From positions 1 to 26,766 of IMG/VR virus record IMGVR_UViG_3300040856_002372: a stretch of 26,766 bases of DNA. One strand, 5' to 3'. The number at the start of each line of letters is the position of its first letter. Position 1 is the first letter of the stretch. Under the pieces are notes generated by a model. The model was not told the origin of the DNA. It worked only from the letters and a program-made list of their open reading frames with translations, and searched no databases. The position numbers and the translations under genes are program-made. This document shows, piece after piece, positions 1 to 7,639 of the stretch. This DNA comes from a virus (lineage: Duplodnaviria > Caudoviricetes).

Positions 1-1
1 G

Positions 2-286
2 GGCGGGCTCCGGCTCTGCTTCTTCGGCAACTGCCGCTTCAGCTTCCTCGGCTACAGGCTCCTCTTCCGCAGCTTCTTCCTCTGCTTCTTCGGCTTCAGC
101 AACAACCTCTTCTACCTCTTCGGTCTCATCGGTCTCCTCTAGTTCAGCAACTGGCTCTTCCACCGGTTCATCACCTAAACCAAAGTTCAGATCAAGTGCC
201 TCAACAACTTCGGTGTCCTTATCGGCACCGGGCATTACGTCGAAAACTTGTTCAAACTGGTCTTTTGGGGTTTCTTCCTTCGCCAT
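2..286 (-). CDS. N-terminal part of a highly acidic protein, probable capsid scaffolding protein (runs off the window edge)
   Basis: ATG at 286 (minus) preceded by AGGAG. Reads MAKEETPKDQFEQVFDVMPGADKDTEVVEALDLNFGLGDEPVEEPVAELEE..., Glu/Ala-rich with no stop. Lies directly downstream of the portal, the usual scaffold position in P22-like gene order. Confidence 0.6.
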   Translation of the reverse strand, partial: MAKEETPKDQFEQVFDVMPGADKDTEVVEALDLNFGLGDEPVEEPVAELEETDETEEVEEVVAEAEEAEEEAAEEEPVAEEAEAAVAEEAEPEPA

Positions 287-297
287 AAGGCAATCTC

Positions 298-2460
298 CTA
301 TTGGGGGTTACGAAAGTTTGGGATATCAGCCTGCTTGGGACGTGCCGCCTGTTTCTTGGCGGAAGTCTGCATAGCAGTAGCAGCCATACGAGTTGCAGCA
401 TTTGTTTCTGACTGATCTCGACGGGTCTGATTAGTAAGAGCGGCAAGCTCACGACGCAGCATGAGCTCCTGCTCCTTCATCTGCATCTTGCCTTGCAGTT
501 CAGCGACGCGGACCTGCGGCTCAACTTCAGCCATGTCCTGAACCTTGGCGACGTTCAACGCGGCCTCGGTCTGAGTCTTTCTAACGTCTGCTTCAAGCTG
601 AGCAATTTCAAGCTGCAACTTGGCGATTGCCATCTGTTGCTGCATGGCCATGGCTTCTGCCTGCTCGGGAGTTGGCGGCTCCTGACCAGTAAGCTGGCGG
701 ATGCGCTTAGCCAACTCACCCTTCTTGGCAAGGTGGCTGTATTCGATGATCGCGTCGTCTGGTATGGCGACACCGACCTGACGGAGGTTAAGTGCCTCTG
801 CAAACTGCACTTCGTCGAACGAATCGCGGGCAGGTGCTGTGGCAATAACAACGTCGTACTCACCCAGCGTCAGATCATTAATAATCTGGCCTTCCGGCGT
901 AACCTCGTTGATCGTCATTGGCATGCGAGGCTGCAGCGGGTCACTCTCGTCGGTGACCATGATTATTCGCTGCTCGGTGTAGAAGGACTGAATCAGGTCC
1001 AGTACTTTTTCCGCGAGATACTGTCGTGACTTCCGCAGGTTGTCGAGTGGCACCTGAATCATGACCACGCCACGGTTCTGCTTGGCTTGGATCGCAACCC
1101 CTGATACCTCGGCGCTGTCGGAGCCGAGCATGCTGTCGTTGATGCCCGAGATAGTCTTGATATTCAGCGCAGCTTTCTGGCTTATGCGGTCGAGACCAGT
1201 AGGGATCTGATTAGGCTGAATCTTAACGGGCGGCGTAGAACCACGGTTGTACTCAACAACCAGACCCGTCTCAGCGCCGTGCTCTTCCAAATCGTCAGCG
1301 GTCATACCCACCAGCGAACCGCTCTCTACCATCCAGCCGCTATTAGCTGTGGTATTAACGATATGCAGTTCTTGGCTGGCGATTTTGTTCAACTGCTCCT
1401 GCGGTGACAGCAGGTTTCTTACCATGCCGAACGGTCGGCCACGGCGGAAGTAAGCGAAGAACGGCACAATCGTCAGGTCGTTGTAGGGGCTCCAATCGTC
1501 ATGCAGCACAACGTGATCGCAAGTTACGGTCCATCTTACTCGCCGCTTCACTTTGCTGATAATGTCCAGCCCGTACTGCTTGGCGAACTTCTTGGCCTTC
1601 GCGTCTGACCAGTTCTCCGGCACATCTCGCTGGTCTCCAGTGTTAGGGTCGACGTAGCAGTCCACGCGAGTCATGCGCTTGTGCTGACGCTCGATGACGC
1701 GCAGTGCCCGCACGTTGCGGTACTCATCTTCGCCTGGTACGCCTGCGCCGAAATAATCATCTACAGAGTCAGTGTCTCCAAACCGGTTCTCTTCGTATTC
1801 GATGGAGTCCCGTCCGAACCCCGCGCCGTTCTCAGCAATGAAGCGCAGCTCTTCTGCTTTCTTCTTACCGTATAGCTCTTCGATTTCGTCTAGGGTCATC
1901 CACTTCGTCTCAAACACCTCATTCCATGTCTTTGGGTCTGAGTCCTTAGCGTCTGGGTCGATTAAGATGTCGAGCGGATCTTTTGCGGTAATGCGAATTT
2001 CACCCTCAACGTGGTCGCTGAAGTCCATCCGAACGTCGAAATATCCCCGTCCGTCGAGGATCAAGCCGTCGCTGAACACCTGCTGCTCGACCCAGTCGAG
2101 TTTATTGTTATCAGCAATCTGCATATACAGCTTGGTCAGCGTCTGGGCGACCTCGGCCTCACCTGCTCGCCGTGGCTTAAACTGCACGTCTGCCCGACGT
2201 GTAGACTGCTCACCCAACACCGTGTTCACCGTAGGCAGGATCGTGTTGATGGTTAAGGCGGGACGCCCTTCGTTATCCAGCGCATGCAAATCATCCAAAT
2301 CCCACTGGTCGCCGCGATAAAAGGCATCACACTTCTTAGCCATCTCAATGTATTCAAGGTGCCCGTTATCCCGCGCTCGGATGTACCGGTCCCACTGCTT
2401 TGAAGCCACCTCTTGCTGCTCAGCCGCCGTCATCCGTGACAGTGATTTTTTGTATGCCAT
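298..2460 (-). CDS. Portal protein, P22 gp1-like
   Basis: About 720 aa with FYRGDQW...GRPALTINTILP near the N-terminus, YFRRGRPFGMVRNLLSPQEQLNK, SGVAIQAKQ and a Gln/Ala-rich coiled-coil C-terminus. Follows the large terminase. Start placed at ATG 2460 next to the terL stop (ORF track extends to 2469). Confidence 0.9.
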   Translation of the reverse strand: MAYKKSLSRMTAAEQQEVASKQWDRYIRARDNGHLEYIEMAKKCDAFYRGDQWDLDDLHALDNEGRPALTINTILPTVNTVLGEQSTRRADVQFKPRRAGEAEVAQTLTKLYMQIADNNKLDWVEQQVFSDGLILDGRGYFDVRMDFSDHVEGEIRITAKDPLDILIDPDAKDSDPKTWNEVFETKWMTLDEIEELYGKKKAEELRFIAENGAGFGRDSIEYEENRFGDTDSVDDYFGAGVPGEDEYRNVRALRVIERQHKRMTRVDCYVDPNTGDQRDVPENWSDAKAKKFAKQYGLDIISKVKRRVRWTVTCDHVVLHDDWSPYNDLTIVPFFAYFRRGRPFGMVRNLLSPQEQLNKIASQELHIVNTTANSGWMVESGSLVGMTADDLEEHGAETGLVVEYNRGSTPPVKIQPNQIPTGLDRISQKAALNIKTISGINDSMLGSDSAEVSGVAIQAKQNRGVVMIQVPLDNLRKSRQYLAEKVLDLIQSFYTEQRIIMVTDESDPLQPRMPMTINEVTPEGQIINDLTLGEYDVVIATAPARDSFDEVQFAEALNLRQVGVAIPDDAIIEYSHLAKKGELAKRIRQLTGQEPPTPEQAEAMAMQQQMAIAKLQLEIAQLEADVRKTQTEAALNVAKVQDMAEVEPQVRVAELQGKMQMKEQELMLRRELAALTNQTRRDQSETNAATRMAATAMQTSAKKQAARPKQADIPNFRNPQ

Positions 2461-2461
2461 G

Positions 2462-4135
2462 TTATGCACTCATCGCTGATTTGGAGGCCCGCATGGGCCG
2501 TACCATGTGTTCCAGCCGGTCTCGCCACGAAGGTGGCTTCACAACTGGCGCTTGGTATGTCGAAAACTCAGACATCATCAGACCCAGCCACGCCAGCGCG
2601 TCGACTTGGTCGTCATGTACACCGTTAGGGAACCGCAGTAGTTCTGCGACCAGCGGTCCCGTGAAATCTTCGTCCCTGGGGAAGAACACCATGCCTTGCT
2701 GCATCCGCCCCTGGATGGCTCGGGCTCGGGCTTCCTTGTCCCGTCGACCCGTCTTCAGGTCCTTAAAGTACGCCTCATATAAGCCGCGCTCTCTGACGCG
2801 CTTCTCCAAGAACGGCCCCAGTGCCATCTCAATGTGACCTTTCTCAATCCCGACGATGCTCGGCTTCCACGCCTCGTAGAGATCAAGAATCTGCTCTACC
2901 AGTTCAAAGCCGTCGAACTTACCCCGCACAACATCAATGATGTACAAGCAATCCATGTCGTCAACGCCAATAACCATGCCGACAGAGAAGTCGTTACGGT
3001 CACGCTTACCAATGGCCAAGTCCCACGCGGCGTAGTACCGCATCTGGTTGTAGTCAAGATCTTCCCTGTCGTAGTACTGAATCATCTGACGGGAGAAGTA
3101 GTCGCCGTCGTCCGCGACCGGATTCTGCTGATAGAGGGCCGACCAATCTCTCGGTCCAACGGCTCTTTGGATCTGTTTGAGGGCTTTAGTGTCGTATCGC
3201 TCTGGATGGAGCGCGTCGCCCTGCTCTCGAAACTCTTCGTCTTCCTCTGCAATGGCGGGGTACTTAACAACGACCCACTCATCACCACCTTCGGAACCTG
3301 CCTTGAGGAGCCGTCCAGCCAAATCGTCATCATGCCAGCGAGTGAGAATGACAAGTACGCCACCACCAGGAGCAAGACGCGTGTAAGCAGTAGACGTATA
3401 CCAGTCCCAGTTAGCATCGCGATTATTTTGGCTTTCAGCGTCTTCACGGTTCTTTACCGGATCGTCGATGACAAGGATGTGTGCGCCTTTACCAGTAATA
3501 CCGCCACCCACACCAGCAGCGACGTAGCCACCACCTCCAGTAGTAAGCCACGCTTCTGCAGACTGGCTGTCAGGATCGAGGCGAGTCTGGAAAGCCGTTT
3601 TATACGTGGGCTCTCGAAGGAGCTGACGGACCTTGCGACTGAAGCCCATCGCAAGCGAACCTGAATACGAGCAAGAGATAAATTCGTGGTCAGGGTGACG
3701 CCCCAGATGCCAAGCCGGGAACGCCACCGACGCCAAGGTACTTTTTCCGTGACGCGGAGGCATAAAGAGCATAAGGCGCGGAGACTTCTTTTCAGCCACG
3801 TCGCGACTGAACTGCTCCAGCCGCTTACAGATGTCTTTATGGACCCAGCCAGCTTGGTAATCGGGGTTAAACCGCTCAACGAACGGTAGGAGCCTTTTTC
3901 GGGTGAGTATCCGTAGCGCCAGCTCAGCTTTAGCTTTCTGCTCAAGACTTTGCTCTTCCTCCTTCCGTTCCTGAAGCGCTGCTTCTACCTCCGGCGCGAC
4001 AGTGGGTGGTGGGAGTGCCTCGCTACGTTCCGCAAGGCAGTAAACGCACTCATCAGCCGTATCGCTTGCAAACAGCGTCTCGGGCTGGAGTGTTTTGCAG
4101 TGGGCGCACTCCCTTTTAACAATCTCATTGCTCAA
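2462..4135 (-). CDS. terL: Terminase large subunit
   Basis: Walker A MPPRHGKS, GGGITGKGAH followed by Walker B ILVIDDP, motif III LTRWH, nuclease motifs AWDLA and FPNGVHDDQVDA. Confidence 0.95.
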   Translation of the reverse strand: MSNEIVKRECAHCKTLQPETLFASDTADECVYCLAERSEALPPPTVAPEVEAALQERKEEEQSLEQKAKAELALRILTRKRLLPFVERFNPDYQAGWVHKDICKRLEQFSRDVAEKKSPRLMLFMPPRHGKSTLASVAFPAWHLGRHPDHEFISCSYSGSLAMGFSRKVRQLLREPTYKTAFQTRLDPDSQSAEAWLTTGGGGYVAAGVGGGITGKGAHILVIDDPVKNREDAESQNNRDANWDWYTSTAYTRLAPGGGVLVILTRWHDDDLAGRLLKAGSEGGDEWVVVKYPAIAEEDEEFREQGDALHPERYDTKALKQIQRAVGPRDWSALYQQNPVADDGDYFSRQMIQYYDREDLDYNQMRYYAAWDLAIGKRDRNDFSVGMVIGVDDMDCLYIIDVVRGKFDGFELVEQILDLYEAWKPSIVGIEKGHIEMALGPFLEKRVRERGLYEAYFKDLKTGRRDKEARARAIQGRMQQGMVFFPRDEDFTGPLVAELLRFPNGVHDDQVDALAWLGLMMSEFSTYQAPVVKPPSWRDRLEHMVRPMRASKSAMSA

Positions 4136-4661
4136 CTGACGGCTCCAAGTACGTGTTGTCTTTGCCAGCGATCTTGATGAGCTCTTCGTCTGACAAGCGC
4201 TCCAGCTGTTTTGCTGTCGCGTTGATTTGCACGTTTACCTGGGCCTGCGGCTCTTGCTGCACCAACCCATGCAGCTTGACCAAGGAATCAGTGGTGTTCT
4301 TCATTTCCGTGGCATTAGCGGAGGCGCTGTAAGCCTCCATATACATGCCGTGTGCGTTGGCGATCGTGAACTTCACGGTTTCCCGCGCTTGTTCCCGAAA
4401 ATAGTCCAACGCCTTCTGTAACTCGGGTCTGCGTACCGCCTTTAGTGCGGCGTCATACGATTTGTAGCCTGCAGCACGGGCCCCCGCCCTAATCGACATA
4501 CCTGATGCTATTAGCATGACGAGCTTTTCTTGCTGCACAGTGAGTTGTCCATGAGCCAGGCCCATGTACGGCATATATGACTGAAACTCTGTATGCGTGA
4601 GGTCAATGTCCGAGCTAATGGACTCTATGCCTTCCTCCAGAAGTTCCGCTTTTGATTTCAT
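4125..4661 (-). CDS. terS: Terminase small subunit (putative)
   Basis: Immediately upstream of and overlapping terL. HTH-like segment LTVQQEKLVMLIASGMSIRAGARAAGYKS and C-terminal LSDEELIKIA are typical of TerS. Start taken at MKSKAELL (4661). Confidence 0.7.
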   Translation of the reverse strand: MKSKAELLEEGIESISSDIDLTHTEFQSYMPYMGLAHGQLTVQQEKLVMLIASGMSIRAGARAAGYKSYDAALKAVRRPELQKALDYFREQARETVKFTIANAHGMYMEAYSASANATEMKNTTDSLVKLHGLVQQEPQAQVNVQINATAKQLERLSDEELIKIAGKDNTYLEPSVEQ

Positions 4662-4893
4662 ACCGTAAGTCGTCGTCCAACCAAACAAACATAGGTGCGC
4701 GTTCACCCAGGCTAGCCACATTAAGCTCCTGTATAAACGCCCACAGTGAGAGCTCTGCACCACGGCTCTCTAATAGTTCTTCAACGCGTGCGGCGTCGTA
4801 CACAAGTACTTCTTGGCCGCTCTCTCTTAGTCCGATTCCAATCAAGGCTTCGAGAAGCCCGTCTATCGCATAAGCTTCAGTGTAGTCGGACAT
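4615..4893 (-). CDS. Hypothetical phage protein (92 aa)
   Basis: Clean ORF in the packaging operon (DGLLEALIG...VLVYD...P.FV), directly after a predicted promoter. Confidence 0.7.
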   Translation of the reverse strand: MSDYTEAYAIDGLLEALIGIGLRESGQEVLVYDAARVEELLESRGAELSLWAFIQELNVASLGERAPMFVWLDDDLRYEIKSGTSGGRHRVH

Positions 4894-4899
4894 AACTAT

Positions 4900-4928
4900 A
4901 TATTACCTGTACTAATACTTACTCGCAA
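4900..4928 (-). promoter_or_regulatory. sigma70-like promoter TTGCGA-N17-TAATAT overlapped by palindromic operator copy 1 (4902-4916, ATTACCTGTACTAAT)
   Basis: Minus strand reads TTGCGA gtaagtattagtacagg TAATAT with an exact 17-nt spacer. The ATG at 4893 lies about 7 nt after the -10 box. Confidence 0.6.
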
Positions 4929-5395
4929 GCGTAGTCGTGAATAGTCTTTACCCACCACCAAAACATGTCTGTCGATAATGTGTGCCGCATAATGTTGATG
5001 CGGTACGCGACAAGACGCACATTCATTTGTGAATATCCCTGATCGTTGTTTATTCGGTCGATTGAGGCATTAAATTCTTTAGCGCCAGAACCATCCAGAT
5101 GATGCGTAAGGGTAACCCCCGATATCGCGCAGCGACCTTTCTGCTTGTTCCAGATGTCAATTACGTCTTCTGGCGTCAGCGACCAGTCATGTGTCTTCTG
5201 TCTGTTGTACTTGAGCTTTGAAACCAGTTGCCGCAGGTAGGCTTCGGGAGACCCGTCCATAACCATGTGACGTTTACGTGATTTATGTTTCATGCGGCAT
5301 GGTTCGCATTGCTTGCGCCATTTGCCGCTCGGGTATTGCTCAAACTGATCTAGTAATAGCTCGGTGTTGCAAAGCGTACACGTCTGTGAATCCAC
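4919..5395 (-). CDS. HNH-like (His-Me finger) endonuclease-type protein with N-terminal Cys4 motif
   Basis: CxxC...CxxC (CTLC, CEPC), then QKGRCAISG...ASIDRINNDQGYSQMNVRLV, the SxDR...GY...N pattern of phage HNH-like proteins. GTG start at 5395 has GGGGGAG upstream. Confidence 0.65.
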   Translation of the reverse strand: MDSQTCTLCNTELLLDQFEQYPSGKWRKQCEPCRMKHKSRKRHMVMDGSPEAYLRQLVSKLKYNRQKTHDWSLTPEDVIDIWNKQKGRCAISGVTLTHHLDGSGAKEFNASIDRINNDQGYSQMNVRLVAYRINIMRHTLSTDMFWWWVKTIHDYACE

Positions 5396-5663
5396 AGGCT
5401 GTTTCTCCCCCGCTGCATAAACCGAAGATAAGCCCTTGAAATTATTTTGCAAAAATTTTTTTTGAAAAGTATTTCCGCACCGCTGACGCACTGTCTCCCT
5501 GCCGGATAGTCACGCGCCCCCTTCCCCCTTTTTCCGACTTGGAACCTTGTTTCGAGTCATTACGCATGAACCTTGTCCGTCAGTAACCCCATCAACCGCT
5601 CGTTCCTCGCGCTTGCCCATACATGTTTGTGAGCAATGACGCTCGCTTACTTGGAGATACACC

Positions 5664-5879
5664 ATGAACCAGTTTGACCTTCCGTTCGACCTGTACGAAG
5701 ACCCAACCATCGAGCTCAACTTCGAGACCGATATCGCTGTCTGTTACACCATCGAGGGACACGACACACTCTTCAATACCCGCGAAGACGCAGAACAAAC
5801 CCGCGACTTCCTATGCATGACCTACGGCAACCAAGACGGCTGGCCTATCAGCACCGTTGAATTCGAATACACCCGATAA
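5664..5879 (+). CDS. Hypothetical early protein
   Basis: GGAG RBS; first rightward ORF after the strand switch. Confidence 0.7.
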   Translation: MNQFDLPFDLYEDPTIELNFETDIAVCYTIEGHDTLFNTREDAEQTRDFLCMTYGNQDGWPISTVEFEYTR

Positions 5880-5889
5880 GGAGCCCATC

Positions 5890-6102
5890 ATGCACTCATA
5901 CTTCAAGCAACAAAAAGCCTACGCCGACGCCTTCAACGACTTCCTCAACGAGCAGAACGCTACCCCCGAGCAACGCCGTGAAGCCTACGCACGCATGTTC
6001 AAGATCGGACTCAAGAACGACACCGACCGAGTAATCAACGCCGTCAAGGAAAACCCCGGCAAGTTACTCACCGCCTTCATCGCTGGCGCAATCACCTTCT
6101 AA
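5890..6102 (+). CDS. Hypothetical protein with C-terminal KENPG motif and hydrophobic tail
   Basis: TAAGGAG RBS before ATG 5890; ends NAVKENPGKLLTAFIAGAITF. Confidence 0.7.
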   Translation: MHSYFKQQKAYADAFNDFLNEQNATPEQRREAYARMFKIGLKNDTDRVINAVKENPGKLLTAFIAGAITF

Positions 6103-6107
6103 CCAAC

Positions 6108-6123
6108 GGGGGCTCAGTCCCCC
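6108..6123 (+). terminator. GC hairpin GGGGG-CTCAGT-CCCCC, possible weak terminator or processing site
   Basis: Perfect 5-bp stem just after the stop at 6102; near-identical copy at 6710-6725. U-tail is poor. Confidence 0.4.
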
Positions 6124-6142
6124 ACCTTCTTTGGAGATCATC

Positions 6143-6352
6143 ATGAAATCACTTATCAAAATAGCTCTTGGCGTCCTATCCGTTTACATCCTTAGCATCG
6201 CCTACGCCGCATCAACCCAATCCGTAGTCCAACCTAACAGTATCCCCGACGACTACATCTGCATCAAAGACACCATGCCGGACTCTTACTTCTGCCTACC
6301 CGCATCAAAAGGCCCAGCCCCTTGGTATCTCGACACGGAGCATGCCTCATGA
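6143..6352 (+). CDS. Small exported or membrane protein
   Basis: GGAG RBS; signal-peptide-like N-terminus MKSLIKIALGVLSVYILSIAYA; two Cys. Confidence 0.65.
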   Translation: MKSLIKIALGVLSVYILSIAYAASTQSVVQPNSIPDDYICIKDTMPDSYFCLPASKGPAPWYLDTEHAS

Positions 6353-6534
6353 GCAAACTACTTATCGCAATTATCGCCGCCCTGTGGTTATTCACGGGCT
6401 TCTTCTTCTACTCAGCATGGATTGCCATCTGGGGTGACGACCTCGGTTCCCAAGCAGTCTTCACTCTTCTTTGGGGTAGCGCCTTACTAGCCTTCATCGA
6501 ACCTGAACCATCAACCATGGAGCATGACTCATGA
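6349..6534 (+). CDS. Small two-TM membrane protein
   Basis: ATGA overlap with the previous gene; two hydrophobic segments. Confidence 0.65.
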   Translation: MSKLLIAIIAALWLFTGFFFYSAWIAIWGDDLGSQAVFTLLWGSALLAFIEPEPSTMEHDS

Positions 6535-6719
6535 ACATCAAACCAGTTATCAACACCGCTAAGCTCTTCGCCCGTGAAGCATGGACCTTCGCTAAGGAGA
6601 ATCCGGGGGAGCTGTTGCTCTCCTTTATCACCGTCGCCGCCTTCGATATCGCTGAGTCACTCGACGGCATCGAGGAAATGGACGGATACCTATTCATCGA
6701 CCAGGAGCCGGGGGCGTAG
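6531..6719 (+). CDS. Hypothetical protein with KENPG motif
   Basis: ATGA overlap, GGAG RBS; contains FAKENPGELLLSFITVAAF. Confidence 0.65.
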   Translation: MNIKPVINTAKLFAREAWTFAKENPGELLLSFITVAAFDIAESLDGIEEMDGYLFIDQEPGA

Positions 6720-6728
6720 TCCCCCTTT
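6710..6728 (+). terminator. GC hairpin GGGGG-CGTAGT-CCCCC-TTT, probable terminator
   Basis: 5-bp GC stem over the stop codon, followed by TTT and a long non-coding stretch. Confidence 0.45.
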
Positions 6729-6760
6729 ACCGTCCGACAGGCGGGGCTCTGCGTGCCATT

Positions 6761-6788
6761 CATGCACCATGACCCATGAAACATGGTC
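6761..6788. repeat. CATG heptamer tract (4 units with perfect core)
   Basis: CATGCAC CATGACC CATGAAA CATGGTC read directly. Confidence 0.85.
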
Positions 6789-6830
6789 GGTTTTTCCGTG
6801 GCACATGGAGCCTGTCCGTGCCGCGTGGGG

Positions 6831-7114
6831 TGTGTGACATGTGTGTCAGGTGTGTGACACCCTTGTGTGCCAACCTTCTTAATCGCTAACCCATTGATAC
6901 ACATACACTTTCTCAAAATGTGTGTCATGTGTGTCGGGGTTACGCGATTTTTGTTTCACATAGACACGTTTTTGTTTTTTCTTATTTTTAATTTTCCCCT
7001 TATGAACAAAACCTTAAAAAGCTGACACACATGGTAATAGCAAGCAATAGCCTCAAATTTGCTGTCACACAACCTGTCACACACCTGTCACACATTGGCC
7101 ATTTCTGACACACA
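6831..7114. repeat. Two opposed arrays of 9-bp iteron-like repeats (TGTGTGWCA) around an AT-rich core; candidate replication origin
   Basis: Forward copies at 6831, 6840, 6851, 6864 (TGTGTGCCA), 6919, 6928 (TGTGTGTCG). Reverse copies (TGWCACACA) at 7023, 7063, 7075, 7086, 7106. T/A-run core at about 6947-7020. Confidence 0.75.
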
Positions 7115-7161
7115 AGACCCTATTATTTGTAGGGTTATTACCATTTTGTCCTATTTTTGTC

Positions 7162-7196
7162 CATGAACCATGCATCAGGAGACATGAACCATGAAC
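7162..7196. repeat. CATG heptamer tract (5 units, includes RBS and start codon)
   Basis: CATGAAC CATGCAT CAGGAGA CATGAAC CATGAAC. Confidence 0.85.
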
Positions 7197-7364
7197 GATC
7201 TCATAAATGAAATAGACCAGTTGTGCCGCATGCACACTCAAGCATGTAACGAGGACGACTGGCTCAAAGCACAGCGTAGTGATGACGAACTAGCGTCTGC
7301 GTTCCAGGCTCTAGGCAAGTACATCTACTACAACCAGTTCCACAACCCCCAACAAGAGGCATAA
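7191..7364 (+). CDS. Hypothetical protein (57 aa, below the ORF-track cutoff)
   Basis: AGGAGA RBS; MNDLINEIDQLCRMHTQACNEDDWLKAQRSDDELASAFQALGKYIYYNQFHNPQQEA-stop. Confidence 0.65.
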   Translation: MNDLINEIDQLCRMHTQACNEDDWLKAQRSDDELASAFQALGKYIYYNQFHNPQQEA

Positions 7365-7367
7365 ACC

Positions 7368-7568
7368 ATGTACCACGTTTATTGGGTCCACGATCAAGAT
7401 CTTCATGTAACCAAACGAGACACTCTGAAGGAGGCAGAGTGGGATCTCATGGTCCACAAAGAGCTCTATGGCAACAAGGCATGGATCTCAAAAGAGGTAG
7501 ATGTAACCACCACGGCTACTCGTTCCTCGCAGCCGACCATGACGTTTAGTGAAGTAGTTGGCGTTTAG
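7368..7568 (+). CDS. Hypothetical protein
   Basis: GAGG RBS; starts 3 nt after the previous stop. Confidence 0.6.
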   Translation: MYHVYWVHDQDLHVTKRDTLKEAEWDLMVHKELYGNKAWISKEVDVTTTATRSSQPTMTFSEVVGV

Positions 7569-7599
7569 TACTACATCGTCTGTTGCTTCGAAATCAAAT

Positions 7600-7614
7600 A
7601 TTAGCTGTACTAAC
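7600..7614. promoter_or_regulatory. Palindromic operator copy 2 (ATTAGCTGTACTAAC)
   Basis: One mismatch to ATTAG-N5-CTAAT. Intergenic, overlapping a possible -10 (TAACAT, 7611-7616) upstream of the gene at 7640. Confidence 0.65.
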
Positions 7615-7639
7615 ATTAATCAACGTAAGGAATACGCAC

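Noticed and set aside
1-170. TTC/CTC-rich low-complexity tract as a DNA repeat element
   Set aside because: Explained by Glu/Ala codons of the acidic minus-strand protein.
493-3889. Long plus-strand ORFs (493-1029, 1772-2320, 2400-2837, 2834-3664 and others)
   Set aside because: Antisense shadows of portal and terL with no recognisable motifs.
4662-4763. Extended N-terminus of TerS given in the ORF track
   Set aside because: It overlaps deeply with the upstream 92-aa gene; the later ATG at 4661 is more parsimonious.
6494-6928. 144-aa minus-strand ORF and plus-strand ORF 6574-6837
   Set aside because: They translate the repeat-rich non-coding region and overlap better-supported genes.
6831-7114. 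CRISPR array or mini-array
   Set aside because: Repeats are only 9 bp, irregularly spaced and in both orientations, with no repeat-spacer periodicity.
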